DNA of 60,922 nucleotides, taken from a virus. Its lineage: Duplodnaviria > Caudoviricetes. Shown in pieces: positions 18,493 through 28,854 of this stretch. The DNA lies in IMG/VR virus record IMGVR_UViG_3300033183_000054, positions 1-60,922 of that record; one strand, written 5' to 3'. Position 1 is the first letter of the stretch. Each line of letters begins with the position of its first letter. A program made the position numbers and the translations under genes. Below the pieces are notes generated by a model. The model did not search any database, was not told the origin of the DNA, and was given only the letters and a program-made list of their open reading frames with translations.

Positions 18493-21421
18493 TTATTTCT
18501 TTCACTATCTCATCTAAAAACTTAGCAGATTCTATTTCAATAGTAGATACTGCACCTAAGCTAGCAGCAGGTTTCCAACCGGCACCCATACGCTTCTTAT
18601 GCTTACGAGTCTTGTACCCCATCTTATTCATATTTTCTATGAATGCGTCTACACTTGCTCCTTCTTTAGCTAGGAACTCTGCAAAAGCACGCGTCTCTAT
18701 ATTATATAAACTACTATCTATATCAGCTCTAACGACTAGGTGAGATGCTCTAACATCTGCAGAAGCGTTACCGTCCTCAATAGTTAAAGTACCTAAGTGG
18801 TTAGAGTTAAGGAACCTTTGTAGTACGTCAACGTAATCCGCTTTGTTAATCTCAATGACATTGTTCTTAGTATTAATCATATCATTAACTACGTGATTGT
18901 AGATACGCTCTAAGTCATAATCAATAATACCAAGTTCGTTAGCTATTTCTGCTCCTGTAAATGTACAAGCTATAGCATTGTGGTAGAACCTATACACAGC
19001 ATCTTTTGAATAGTCATTCATGAATCTCTCTACCCAGTAATCAAACCTAGCTTTTATTTTTTCTTTTGGAGTTTCCATTAAGTATCTAATATATTCACGA
19101 CCTGCATGCCCATAGTTCTTAGTGAACGGATTAAATATCTCTGCCCCTATCAAAGCGTCGTTTTTAAGTATGCTAGGAGAACCAACTTTAAATTCAAGAA
19201 CCCTTGCTAGCTCACCGTTAGGGTCTATCTTCAACCCAGCTAATTTAGTTATCACCGAGTGGTTTGATGTAAAGATAACAACCATAGATGCTTCACCTTC
19301 ATGAGGACGTTCTTCGTCTACAGATGCTTCCATTCTAACTTTAGGTTTACCTTGTGATACATTGTGAATAAAGTTACCTGTCTCTTCACCGTTTTGGTTA
19401 CCCATCTCATCAAACAAGAATGGTACATTCTTCAAAGCTATGATACGTTGGTTCAATGCATTAGGTGTTGCTTGTGCATTTCTCTTACCATCTTTTGTAC
19501 CAACCATATGTAGAGGTTTAGGGTGACCCCATATACTAATACTACCGAATGATGCACCTGTTTTAGCTGTACCAGATTCTGTGTTGTATAAAGTTATAGT
19601 AATAGCTGGAGTAGAACATTCTAAGAACTCAAATAATGGAGATGCAAACCCAGTCATTAATACAAACGCATGTAGTTCAAACTCTTTTTGGTTTAGTTTT
19701 TGAGCTGCTTTTTTCCATTCATCATAACTACCGGTAGGCTCCATATATTTAGCTAGTGTCTTAGCATTACCAGCTAGTGCAGTATCAGCTTCAATTATTT
19801 GCCCATCTATATTTCTTATTTCTGTTTTACCAAACACATAGGATGAACATTTGTCAGCCCAACCAAGTTGTTTACGTAGCATATCAGGATCAGTATGGTC
19901 TATAAGCCAATCTGCCCACTCATAAATATAATCCATAATATAACTTCCTTGTTTAGTTTTTTGGTCATATATAATTCCGTTCTTTGTAACTATCTCTTTG
20001 AACTTAGACAAATCATATAGCTCATTCATCTTCATTCTAAATACACGTTCATTACCTTGTTTATTTGCTTTAGATGGTAAGACTGCTTTCATATCTAACA
20101 TCTCTCCATCTTTCTCACAATAGATACGACGTATAGGATAGAGTAAATGCTTTAGTGCAAGTACAGGTTTTTGTGCTATTGGATTACCTTCTTCATCATG
20201 TACTACTGGAGGCTGATAATATATACCACCTGAGTTAGCGCCGATAGACCAACCCTTCTTAGCTATTTCCGATGGTAGTCCTACAAACTCTTTATTAGTT
20301 GTTAGTTCTCCCCCTTCATCTTTTTTAACTATAGCTATAGGCGCAGGTATAAACTCTCTAAACATATTGATAGGTGATTTAATATTACCTTTAAACTTAC
20401 ACCCATCACATAGCCCTGATTTGTATTTACTAAACTGCTCACAGGTATGCGGTTTGCCTTGCGTTTCATTAGCTTTGAACTCTGTCTCACTAGGCAAATA
20501 ATCATCATGCCCTTTAGATAGTTCGTGTATAGCTTCTGCCCTGTCTTCACAATGTTGAGCAATAGATAGTATAGAGAACCATTCATCGTATCCAACATCG
20601 TTAGGCTTAGTTTGTAGTATGCGCTCGATCTGCGCACAACCAGTGCCCGCTATACTTTCTTTTGCAATCCTGTCAAACGATACTTTGAAGTTGTCTAACT
20701 TAGCGGCTTTCTTTTCCTCGTCAGACATAGGCAGTTTAGCTGCTTGTTTTAAAATATCATTTACTGATAGCTCAACCTCACCTAGTATCTCTTTGAACAT
20801 ACCAAATTTGTAGACAGTTAACTCATCAGACATTATCTTAGCTGGAGCTTTGTCTCGTTTTGGTTTGTTGTTAATCGTGTCAGGACAACGCATGATCCTA
20901 GAGATGTCGCACATAACACTCTCGTCTACTAACAGATTATTGTTTTGACAAAAGGTTAAGAACTTTTTAGCATACGGCTCCCACTCTGTAATAGGTATGT
21001 CTTCATCAAATAAATAGTATGCGTGTATACCGTTACCTGAGTCTACCCATACAGGATCAGGCATGCCTGTATTTTCTATAAAGTTAGTTAAAGCATCTAT
21101 AGCATCTTGTTTAGTTTCATATGTCTTACCAGCTTTTGCTTTCTCAGGATCAACGTCTAGATCAAGATATAAACAACGCCTGTAATCTACATTCAACTTT
21201 TCTTTTACTCTGCCCTTACGTACTGGACTAAGGTACGAAGATATAGCAAAGAAGATGTTTTTGTCCTCCCCCTGTTTCTCTTGAATAGATTTTACAGTGT
21301 CAGGTATTTCAGCTTTAGACTCGACCCACTCATGAGCCATAGTGCCTTTGTCTGTAACCCAAGCTACACAGTAGTTCTTTCCTGAATCAGGTAGTGCTTT
21401 GTTGTAAAATTCTTGTGTCAT
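18476..21421 (-). CDS. AEP-type primase fused to DUF927-like helicase
   Basis: LYLDLD, DSGNGIHAYY and RIMRCP AEP motifs; Cys cluster C..F....GLC.GC; P-loop-like ESGTAKT and Walker B FLFDE. Confidence 0.85.
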   Translation of the reverse strand: MTQEFYNKALPDSGKNYCVAWVTDKGTMAHEWVESKAEIPDTVKSIQEKQGEDKNIFFAISSYLSPVRKGRVKEKLNVDYRRCLYLDLDVDPEKAKAGKTYETKQDAIDALTNFIENTGMPDPVWVDSGNGIHAYYLFDEDIPITEWEPYAKKFLTFCQNNNLLVDESVMCDISRIMRCPDTINNKPKRDKAPAKIMSDELTVYKFGMFKEILGEVELSVNDILKQAAKLPMSDEEKKAAKLDNFKVSFDRIAKESIAGTGCAQIERILQTKPNDVGYDEWFSILSIAQHCEDRAEAIHELSKGHDDYLPSETEFKANETQGKPHTCEQFSKYKSGLCDGCKFKGNIKSPINMFREFIPAPIAIVKKDEGGELTTNKEFVGLPSEIAKKGWSIGANSGGIYYQPPVVHDEEGNPIAQKPVLALKHLLYPIRRIYCEKDGEMLDMKAVLPSKANKQGNERVFRMKMNELYDLSKFKEIVTKNGIIYDQKTKQGSYIMDYIYEWADWLIDHTDPDMLRKQLGWADKCSSYVFGKTEIRNIDGQIIEADTALAGNAKTLAKYMEPTGSYDEWKKAAQKLNQKEFELHAFVLMTGFASPLFEFLECSTPAITITLYNTESGTAKTGASFGSISIWGHPKPLHMVGTKDGKRNAQATPNALNQRIIALKNVPFLFDEMGNQNGEETGNFIHNVSQGKPKVRMEASVDEERPHEGEASMVVIFTSNHSVITKLAGLKIDPNGELARVLEFKVGSPSILKNDALIGAEIFNPFTKNYGHAGREYIRYLMETPKEKIKARFDYWVERFMNDYSKDAVYRFYHNAIACTFTGAEIANELGIIDYDLERIYNHVVNDMINTKNNVIEINKADYVDVLQRFLNSNHLGTLTIEDGNASADVRASHLVVRADIDSSLYNIETRAFAEFLAKEGASVDAFIENMNKMGYKTRKHKKRMGAGWKPAASLGAVSTIEIESAKFLDEIVKEINAENK

Positions 21422-21452
21422 TTTTCATGATTTCTATATAAAAGTTAAAATA

Positions 21453-21749
21453 CTAAAGACTCTCCAAATAAACTTTTGCAAACTTAGACGTCTTCGCCGG
21501 CAGGTGACCTGTCTTCAAGTCATCTTCCACTGTCTTAATAAAGTTCTTAATCTTAGTATAATTCTTTTCTCTTACATATTTACCACGAAACCAACTATGA
21601 ATCGACATACGAGACACCCCGAAAGCTTTAGCAACATGCGTAGCAGGTAAATTTGCTTTTACACATATTCTTGCAAGCTGTACACCAATTCTTTCAGGGT
21701 CGGCTCGGTCTAACTCAATTAAGAATTGTCCGCTGTATGGTCTTGCCAT
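21453..21749 (-). CDS. HTH (XRE/Cro-like) DNA-binding protein
   Basis: ATHVAKAFGVSRMSIHSWFRG helix-turn-helix; AGGAG RBS before ATG 21749. Confidence 0.8.
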   Translation of the reverse strand: MARPYSGQFLIELDRADPERIGVQLARICVKANLPATHVAKAFGVSRMSIHSWFRGKYVREKNYTKIKNFIKTVEDDLKTGHLPAKTSKFAKVYLESL

Positions 21750-21757
21750 AATGTCTC

Positions 21758-22630
21758 CTAGTCTTTGGTTGCCCACTTATTCATAATATCTGAAATATCA
21801 TTTGCCTTTTCTACTGGCTCAGATTCCTTTCTTACTACAGGTTCTTCAACAACTTCCTCAGCTTGCACTGGTTCAGGTTGAGCCTGCTTAACAGGTTCCT
21901 CAGCTTTTGAGTCGGTTTGATATACAGTTAATTTAATTGCTTGTTCCGCTGCAGAAGACTTAGCTTGTTTCTGTAAAACTTCTACATCTTCAATATTTAC
22001 AGCAGCTGCGGGTGAGAACAGTAGCTTCGGCACTGATGACTTAGAGTCAAACTGCATTCTAGTTACTATCCTACCGGCACTTACATTGTTGTTTGCAAGC
22101 ATCTGAATATATGGTCTGAATGGGTATTTACCACCCTCTTCTTTACCAAAGCATGACGTAGCAGGTAACACCATTTGCATAACATCACCTGATGGATCAT
22201 TAGGTAATACTACGGCTATACGCCAGGACAATCTACATGCGCTCCCTGTACCACCCACGCCTGAACCTTTTACACTAAACTGACACGTGTCGCATGATTT
22301 AGCTTGTGGAGTTTCACACTCAGGTGAAGGAACGTTTGAATCATTTGACCAACAAGTTGGGCTCACCTTCTCCCCTTCCTTATAGGTCGATGCATAAAAT
22401 GTTCGCGAGGCATTGTGAGACATCTTAACAATGATGACATTCATGAAATTATCTTCAATTGTAGATACCTCTTTCCCGTTGACCACTTTATGAAAGTTTT
22501 TACCGCGTATCGAAATACGCTTTGCACCGCCACCGCTAACACCGCCAGCAACAGCAAGTGTATCTTCATCCAGCCCTGTTTGAACAATGGCTGAACTGTT
22601 CTGTAAAATAGTTTGTAAATCTGTACTCAT
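21758..22630 (-). CDS. Replication protein, probably ssDNA-binding or recombination related
   Basis: 290 aa in the replication operon; Cys motifs (PTCWS, C..C, ACR) and an acidic/Pro tail. Confidence 0.55.
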   Translation of the reverse strand: MSTDLQTILQNSSAIVQTGLDEDTLAVAGGVSGGGAKRISIRGKNFHKVVNGKEVSTIEDNFMNVIIVKMSHNASRTFYASTYKEGEKVSPTCWSNDSNVPSPECETPQAKSCDTCQFSVKGSGVGGTGSACRLSWRIAVVLPNDPSGDVMQMVLPATSCFGKEEGGKYPFRPYIQMLANNNVSAGRIVTRMQFDSKSSVPKLLFSPAAAVNIEDVEVLQKQAKSSAAEQAIKLTVYQTDSKAEEPVKQAQPEPVQAEEVVEEPVVRKESEPVEKANDISDIMNKWATKD

Positions 22631-22641
22631 TTATCTTCTCC

Positions 22642-23046
22642 TTAAGACTTGGTAGGTTTTCGTACTACAACTTTGAATTCTCGCATACTACTTATACCCG
22701 GTGGCAAGCCTTCATCGTCTCGGTTGGTTAAAAATTCTTTAAAGTTAGACTGGTGTAGTCTTTGTTGTAATAGTTCAATTGCTTGGTTCTCCATAACAAA
22801 CTTTTTAAAGTTATCCCAGTCTCCACAAACGTAGTTCTCTCTTGTGGTTTTAATTATAGTGCCATTACCAGTACGGATACTGTCGGCATTTATTTCATTA
22901 CATGAATTTAGTAATACTTGTTCTAACTGAGCTAAGTCGTTTGCCAATTCTCTATCTTTCGCATCATGTTCTCTAGACAATCTATCACGTTCATCTCTTA
23001 TAGTCAAATAAGTTTTTACTAATTCATCAAGGTTAACATCACTCAT
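22642..23046 (-). CDS. Hypothetical replication-module protein
   Basis: Coiled-coil N-term; DWDNFKKFV and LPPG motifs. Confidence 0.65.
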   Translation of the reverse strand: MSDVNLDELVKTYLTIRDERDRLSREHDAKDRELANDLAQLEQVLLNSCNEINADSIRTGNGTIIKTTRENYVCGDWDNFKKFVMENQAIELLQQRLHQSNFKEFLTNRDDEGLPPGISSMREFKVVVRKPTKS

Positions 23047-24608
23047 GATTCTATTTCCTCTCGATATAAGTCAACTAATTTTGTATGTTGATCTACCTTA
23101 CCCCGTAGCATCCCATACATCCTCTTTTCAACATCAGAACCTTCTAGGTGAACAACAGTCATCTTGTTCTTTTGTCCTACCCTATCCATCCTAGCAATAC
23201 ACTGTAGATAAACTTCGACAGACATAACAGGAGACCAAAACACAACTGTGTCTGCTCTAGTCAACGTCACTCCGTGAGAAGCTGATTGTGGTTGTATTAC
23301 CAAGACTCTAGGTTCGTCCTGAGATTGAAACTTTTGTATGATGTCTGCTCTGTCTGTAGCTTTGACATCACCATGTATCTGTTCTGTAGTTACTCCATTA
23401 TCTATTAAGAACTTAGATACAAAATTTATTGTATGCCTATACGGCACAAAGACTAATACTTTATTGTCTGTTTCTTGTACTGTTTCTAGTAGCGCAGATA
23501 GTCTAGGTTTTATATCAAACTCCACAACTTCATGACTGTCTGAATACACTGCGCCACCTGATATTTGTAATAGTTTATTTAAGTTAGCCGCCGCATTGAC
23601 TGATGTAATTTGTTCACCAGCCGCTTCTATTAGCATCTGATCTTTTAATGCTTTGTAATATTTCTTAGCTGATGACGTTAGTTCTATCTCTCTTGTCTGA
23701 TACATTACGTCAGGTAAATCTAAACATTGATTCTTTGCAAACCGTATAGCTGGGTTCAAAGCCTTGAACACATCTTCTTTTGATGTAGGGCGTGGTAACC
23801 ACTTAAACCTGGATACTTGATACATGACTTTATCTCGCCACGCATTTTTAAATTTAGGTATACGATGTGGGCATACTAACTTAGCTAAACCATATGCATC
23901 TAGTGGAGACTGAGAAGCAGGTGTACCTGTTAACATCCATAGTCTTGTATCAATGTTAACTATCTTATTCATAGTTTTAAACCTTGTGGTTGTAGTAGAC
24001 TTATAAGCATTACATTCATCTATCACAATCAAATCAAAGTTACCACGAATAATCTCATCTCGTACTATGTTTACCCCATCATAATTAATAATTACAAACT
24101 CATAATCAGAGTTTATTATCTTACGTCTTTTATCTGCTGTACCATGGCACACTATAGAAGTTCTGTGCATACATGTATTAAAGATATCGCCCTGCCAAGC
24201 TGAATACATAATAGATAAAGGGCATACAATCAATACTCGTTTGATCTTACCTTGATTCATTAGGTAATCCGCAGCCCATAATACAGATGATGTCTTACCT
24301 GTACCAGCTTCATTAAAACAAAATGCTTTCTTGTTTATAGATAAGAATTCTGCCGTTACTTTTTGATGTTCAAACGGTTTATACAAACCACACCACTCAT
24401 AGTCACGAGTGATAGGTGAAGGAAGATTCTTTTTAAATCTTACTAGCTGGTTTAGCCTAGTCATTTCTTCTAGACCCCAGTAAATCAGTAGTTCAGTTAC
24501 AGTATCATCTCTCTTTATAACTTCACTTTTAGATATATCTTTTAATATAATATCTGCTGACTCATTTTTTAAAGTTAGTTTTACGGCTTGGTCTTGTAAT
24601 AATTCCAT
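23043..24608 (-). CDS. SNF2-family (SF2) helicase
   Basis: EAGTGKT, IDE (motif II), LTGTP, HGVTLT and QCIARMDRVGQ motifs. Confidence 0.92.
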   Translation of the reverse strand: MELLQDQAVKLTLKNESADIILKDISKSEVIKRDDTVTELLIYWGLEEMTRLNQLVRFKKNLPSPITRDYEWCGLYKPFEHQKVTAEFLSINKKAFCFNEAGTGKTSSVLWAADYLMNQGKIKRVLIVCPLSIMYSAWQGDIFNTCMHRTSIVCHGTADKRRKIINSDYEFVIINYDGVNIVRDEIIRGNFDLIVIDECNAYKSTTTTRFKTMNKIVNIDTRLWMLTGTPASQSPLDAYGLAKLVCPHRIPKFKNAWRDKVMYQVSRFKWLPRPTSKEDVFKALNPAIRFAKNQCLDLPDVMYQTREIELTSSAKKYYKALKDQMLIEAAGEQITSVNAAANLNKLLQISGGAVYSDSHEVVEFDIKPRLSALLETVQETDNKVLVFVPYRHTINFVSKFLIDNGVTTEQIHGDVKATDRADIIQKFQSQDEPRVLVIQPQSASHGVTLTRADTVVFWSPVMSVEVYLQCIARMDRVGQKNKMTVVHLEGSDVEKRMYGMLRGKVDQHTKLVDLYREEIES

Positions 24609-24637
24609 ATTCTACTTACAGTTTAAATAACACTATA

Positions 24638-24665
24638 AGTATATACCAACTTATTAATAAGTCAA
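24638..24665 (-). promoter_or_regulatory. Sigma70-type promoter for the helicase-primase operon
   Basis: TTGACT-16 bp-TATACT on the - strand in the gap upstream of the helicase. Confidence 0.6.
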
Positions 24666-24672
24666 GTTATAT

Positions 24673-24990
24673 TTACGTTCTTTTTTTACGTTCTCTTTTA
24701 CTTGTTTCAGAAACAAGCTTACCAGATGAGTTACGTTTGAACGAACGGTTTTTAGATTTAGACTGAATAGTCACACCGTGTTTGTTTTTGCCCCCTTTTG
24801 ATAAAGCTTTACGATGGGCTACATCTTTACCCTCACGCTTATCTGCTTTACCGTTGCCGTTAGCATCTTTCCCTGTTTTATCTATCTTACGACGAGCACG
24901 TTGACGTTCCATGCGATTCTCATGTTCGCCTCGAGCTTTCTGTTGTTGATACTCTTTTTTATATGGTCTCTTTTTGTTTACGTAAGCCAT
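24673..24990 (-). CDS. Small basic HNH-like protein
   Basis: KDVAHRKALSKGGKN...SKSKNRS resembles the HNH core. Confidence 0.65.
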   Translation of the reverse strand: MAYVNKKRPYKKEYQQQKARGEHENRMERQRARRKIDKTGKDANGNGKADKREGKDVAHRKALSKGGKNKHGVTIQSKSKNRSFKRNSSGKLVSETSKRERKKRT

Positions 24991-25414
24991 GAAATGCTAC
25001 CCTCATACACCAATTAATATATTCATCTACCGGCATATCTGTTCTAAAGTTATTGACTGCTCGACAGACAATCTGAATATTATCATAATTATACTCTTTT
25101 CCAGCATTAATTCTATCTATACTTGCATTAGTTAATATGGTAGTTCCACGCTTATGTATACAAGTAAGTTCTACTCCTGATAGAGCACATTTATAATCTT
25201 GTTCTGCTGTCTTGCTTATTAATTGTGCAACGGTTAGTGTGTGATTTTGTTTTTTAGATAAGAGATGTTTATAGTATCTATCCCAGTCATTGTTCTCTCT
25301 AGCATATCTTTGGTTGACTCTATATACTTTGTTACATTCAGGAGAACAATTAAGATACTTTGGGTGGTTGGTTTCAAACTCTGTATTACATGTAATACAC
25401 GTTCTCTTATACAC
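24959..25414 (-). CDS. Zn-finger plus His-Me finger (homing-type) endonuclease
   Basis: CxxC..CxxxC N-term; CALSG, SIDRIN..K.Y..DNIQIVC..VN. Confidence 0.75.
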   Translation of the reverse strand: MYKRTCITCNTEFETNHPKYLNCSPECNKVYRVNQRYARENNDWDRYYKHLLSKKQNHTLTVAQLISKTAEQDYKCALSGVELTCIHKRGTTILTNASIDRINAGKEYNYDNIQIVCRAVNNFRTDMPVDEYINWCMRVAFHGLRKQKETI

Positions 25415-25416
25415 AA

Positions 25417-26073
25417 CTAACTCCTATTAAACTCGCAACTCTGTACTGGACACCACTTACACAATGGTGTCGGGTTTGCTTGCCACTTGTCATTATCATA
25501 TGACGTTTCTAATCTCTTTAGCGGTTGTTCAAACATAGCCCATGATTTATCCATGTCTTTTCTGAGATACTCTTCACTGACAAAACTATTGTGCATAACA
25601 AACAGTAATCCAGCCTTTATCTTTTTTACATCAGGGAAGTAAGTAAATAACATTAGTGACATCAAACGTAACTGCTTTGGATCAGGATATTTGTTGCTTC
25701 CTGTTTTATAATCTATAATGAAAGCGTAATCACCATCAACTATAACTAAGTCAGCTATGCCTCTAACCCATCTATCTTCACTCTTAAAGTCACATGGCTC
25801 TCTGTTATAAGTCAAAGCCATTTCATATTCACAATACTTCTCACCCGGTATTGATATTAGTTTATCTACAAAGGGTTTAAATCTTTGGTAGTTTTTAGCT
25901 AACTCAACTCCATCTCTTACATAGTCTTCTAAAGCTTTGTGGACTTCGGTACCATAACGCATTTGTTCAGTTTCTTTTACGGTATAATTTTTAAGAACTC
26001 TGATTTCATGGTACTTTTTAGGGCAGTTCTGATATTCCTTTAGGCTAGAATAAGACCATGTGAATACTGCCAT
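25417..26073 (-). CDS. PD-(D/E)XK exonuclease (RecB/Cas4-like)
   Basis: WSYSSL..Y..CP, GTEVH, RGIAD, IIDYKTG and C-terminal CKWCP...C. Confidence 0.9.
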   Translation of the reverse strand: MAVFTWSYSSLKEYQNCPKKYHEIRVLKNYTVKETEQMRYGTEVHKALEDYVRDGVELAKNYQRFKPFVDKLISIPGEKYCEYEMALTYNREPCDFKSEDRWVRGIADLVIVDGDYAFIIDYKTGSNKYPDPKQLRLMSLMLFTYFPDVKKIKAGLLFVMHNSFVSEEYLRKDMDKSWAMFEQPLKRLETSYDNDKWQANPTPLCKWCPVQSCEFNRS

Positions 26074-26125
26074 TACTTTTCTTTTTTCTTGGTGCTGTAT
26101 CTATTAAAATAATTCTTATCAAATC

Positions 26126-26227
26126 TCATTTCTTTTCCTTTTTATTACCAAAAATTCTTTCGTATCCTTCATCAAATTTCTTTTTATCAGTAGGTCTTTG
26201 TTGACTACCTTTTCCACCATCACCCAT
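26126..26227 (-). CDS. 33-aa small protein (not in ORF track)
   Basis: MGDGGKGSQQRPTDKKKFDEGYERIFGNKKEKK; AGGAG upstream; coupled to neighbours. Confidence 0.6.
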   Translation of the reverse strand: MGDGGKGSQQRPTDKKKFDEGYERIFGNKKEKK

Positions 26228-26807
26228 AATTATACTCCTGACCCCATATTTTTTGAGGTATTCTTGTTATATGAGAGTTTTTAGTCACAGATATTTTCAA
26301 TCTATCTTTTCTAAACCCTCTATGATCTGAATAATAAGTTCCATCTCTTAGTCTAAATGTTGCACCCCAGTTTCCTTTTGTGCGAGCCATATACATAACA
26401 CCAACATTTAATCTTCCTGCTAGCCTGTCAAAAACCTGCATGTTATTTAGATTGGTGTACGATGGATATTTTTTATAAAAATTAGTTATGTTATCGTCTT
26501 CTACCACTGGAGCCAAAAATATAGGGTAACTTACATCAGGTCTAGTTTGATAAGCTACCATTTGTTCAAAATATTTGGCTAAGTCTGACCAGCTAGTATA
26601 TCTAGATAAAGCCTTCTTACACTCTATACCAAAAAATATATGTCCTCCTTCATACGGTGCTTTGACTAAATAGTCTAATCTTGCCCACCCACTCTTAAGT
26701 TCATATTCTTCTTCATATCTCCAACCATCTTTCTTTTTTGAGTTAAGATACTTTCTAACTATGTTGCTAGCAAATACTTCATCTTTTATAAAATGTTTAG
26801 GCTCCAT
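26220..26807 (-). CDS. Putative restriction-endonuclease-fold protein
   Basis: EYEL...RLDYLV...GIECKK fits the (P)D..(D/E)xK pattern; start overlaps the polymerase stop. Confidence 0.5.
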   Translation of the reverse strand: MEPKHFIKDEVFASNIVRKYLNSKKKDGWRYEEEYELKSGWARLDYLVKAPYEGGHIFFGIECKKALSRYTSWSDLAKYFEQMVAYQTRPDVSYPIFLAPVVEDDNITNFYKKYPSYTNLNNMQVFDRLAGRLNVGVMYMARTKGNWGATFRLRDGTYYSDHRGFRKDRLKISVTKNSHITRIPQKIWGQEYNYG

Positions 26808-28672
26808 CAACAGTCCCCATAGTTTTCTGCATACTCGCCTTCGCAAGTTATAGGTAAATCTTCACCCCACTTAGGAGGTTTAGACATCTCGTCCATAATA
26901 AACTTCAGTGCTTTATCTTTATCTTCTTCAGGTGCAGTACATACAATAGCATCATGAACAGTTAACACAGGTTTGTATTTGTCCGCTACTTTAACCATCT
27001 GTTCGCCTATGATAATTCTAGCTAATGCTTGAACCACGTTCTCTACAACTGAACCACCCCAAATATTTACGACTCCTCGTCTAGAAGAATATATGTATGA
27101 TTCTCTGTCTGATTCTGTATCCCTTTGTAGCTCAGGATAATATATCATTAGTCCGTTTGGTAGTTTCAATCCATCTTTTGTAACCAATACACATTTATGT
27201 TTGTCAAGGTAATAAGATTCTTTATCTTTCCAGTGTGCCATATTGCGTAAAGCTAAATCACATTTCTCCCACAACTGAATAACTTTATTGTTAACATCTC
27301 TGTAAACTCTGACTAATCTTTTACATTCTTCGTCTGAAAGGTCAGCACCAGGTGGGGAAGTCTTCAAAGTATGTTGCAACTTTGACCACCCAGTACCATA
27401 ACCTAAACCTAGAGTACAGGTTTTACCAACAAATCGTTCTGTCTTGTTTCGTTTATCTATCTTTCTGTTGTAGACTTTACTTGCAAACTCAGAGTAAACA
27501 TCTTCTCCGTCTCTATATAATTTAACGATGTTCTCTTGTCCAGCTAACCATACAAGCACCCTAGCCTCAATCTGTGAGGAATCGCAGTTTATGATGACAT
27601 GTCCTTTTGGTGGTAACACTGCGTTCTTCAAGGCTTTCTTCTTTGCATCACGACTTGGTAAGTTTTGAAAGTTAACCTTGTCTGAGCCTGACCATCTTCC
27701 TGTATGCGCCCCGTAGTATTTAAGTGGGATAGGTAGTTTGCCACTGTTACGCACAGCAATATCTAAGAATCTCTCTATTCTTGACTCTTCGATTGTAGAC
27801 TTTGTACCAAGTCTCACTGCACATAGTTCTTGTATAAATGGGTTCTCGTGTTCTTGTAGTTCTATAAACCCAACATCATTCTTTGCTAAAGCATACGTCT
27901 CTTTGCCAGTGGTCGAACTAATCTTTGTAGGCACTTCAACTCCTAGTTCTTCTAACAACTCAGCAAACTGTTTGTTACTAGCCAACTTTTTACGTACACA
28001 CTCTTCGTCTTCGCATTCTAATCTGTTCTTCAGACCAGCTAACAAGTTTTGTTTTTCTTCTTGTACTTCCTCTAATCTATTAATTAGTATTGCATCATCT
28101 AATCTAAGCGTAGGCTCAGTGTACATTCTCAATGTAATGTCTATAAGTTTTAGTTCATCCATAGGAAATGTCTTAGATAATATCTTGAATAAGTCGTAGG
28201 TTAGTTTGACGTCGTTCTTACAGTATTGACCATACTGATGTAGTTCATGGTCTGCGAAGTCTTCTAGTCGTTTACCTTTAGCATCCAGAACCTCAGTGCC
28301 TTTCTGTCCTATGTTATATCGTTCAGCGAGGGCTTTCAAACTACCGCCGGCATTAACACCGTGTATTGCACGAGCCATTGATAAGGTGTCAAGGTAAGCA
28401 AGAGGAACAATGTTAAATATCCATGATAGTATTGCACCATCAAATATTGTATTGTGGCAGAGTAACATTGTGTCACTCCAGTCTATCTTGTCTAATTCTA
28501 GTTTGAGTTCGTCATGCGAACCAGTAAACCATTTAGTTTGACCTTCATCTATCTTAAGTGCATATCCGATGACTTGAAATCTGTCATCTTTTATATACTC
28601 TTCTGTTGTTAGTCTAGATAGACTAAACCCTGTGTCGTAAAACGTCTCAAAATCGAGAGTTACTATTTGCAT
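26807..28672 (-). CDS. polA: Family A DNA polymerase with 3'-5' exonuclease domain
   Basis: LDFET and HNTIFD exo motifs; HTGRWSG; motif A DSSQIEAR; motif B RFVGKTCTLGLGYG; motif C TVHD. Confidence 0.95.
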   Translation of the reverse strand: MQIVTLDFETFYDTGFSLSRLTTEEYIKDDRFQVIGYALKIDEGQTKWFTGSHDELKLELDKIDWSDTMLLCHNTIFDGAILSWIFNIVPLAYLDTLSMARAIHGVNAGGSLKALAERYNIGQKGTEVLDAKGKRLEDFADHELHQYGQYCKNDVKLTYDLFKILSKTFPMDELKLIDITLRMYTEPTLRLDDAILINRLEEVQEEKQNLLAGLKNRLECEDEECVRKKLASNKQFAELLEELGVEVPTKISSTTGKETYALAKNDVGFIELQEHENPFIQELCAVRLGTKSTIEESRIERFLDIAVRNSGKLPIPLKYYGAHTGRWSGSDKVNFQNLPSRDAKKKALKNAVLPPKGHVIINCDSSQIEARVLVWLAGQENIVKLYRDGEDVYSEFASKVYNRKIDKRNKTERFVGKTCTLGLGYGTGWSKLQHTLKTSPPGADLSDEECKRLVRVYRDVNNKVIQLWEKCDLALRNMAHWKDKESYYLDKHKCVLVTKDGLKLPNGLMIYYPELQRDTESDRESYIYSSRRGVVNIWGGSVVENVVQALARIIIGEQMVKVADKYKPVLTVHDAIVCTAPEEDKDKALKFIMDEMSKPPKWGEDLPITCEGEYAENYGDC

Positions 28673-28854
28673 TCTGCTAGTGCTTTCTTTATTCGTTTTC
28701 TATGTGATGGGTCAAGTATGTCTACCATAGTAAACATAATATGATATATACATGCCCACTGGTCACGAGTTAAATTATTTGGTTTTTCCTTAGTCCCTAT
28801 AATCTTACGAAGGTGTTGCATTATATAATCGTGTTGCTTTTTAGTTATTTGCAT
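28663..28854 (-). CDS. Hypothetical protein
   Basis: 63 aa, coupled within the operon. Confidence 0.6.
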   Translation of the reverse strand: MQITKKQHDYIMQHLRKIIGTKEKPNNLTRDQWACIYHIMFTMVDILDPSHRKRIKKALAECK

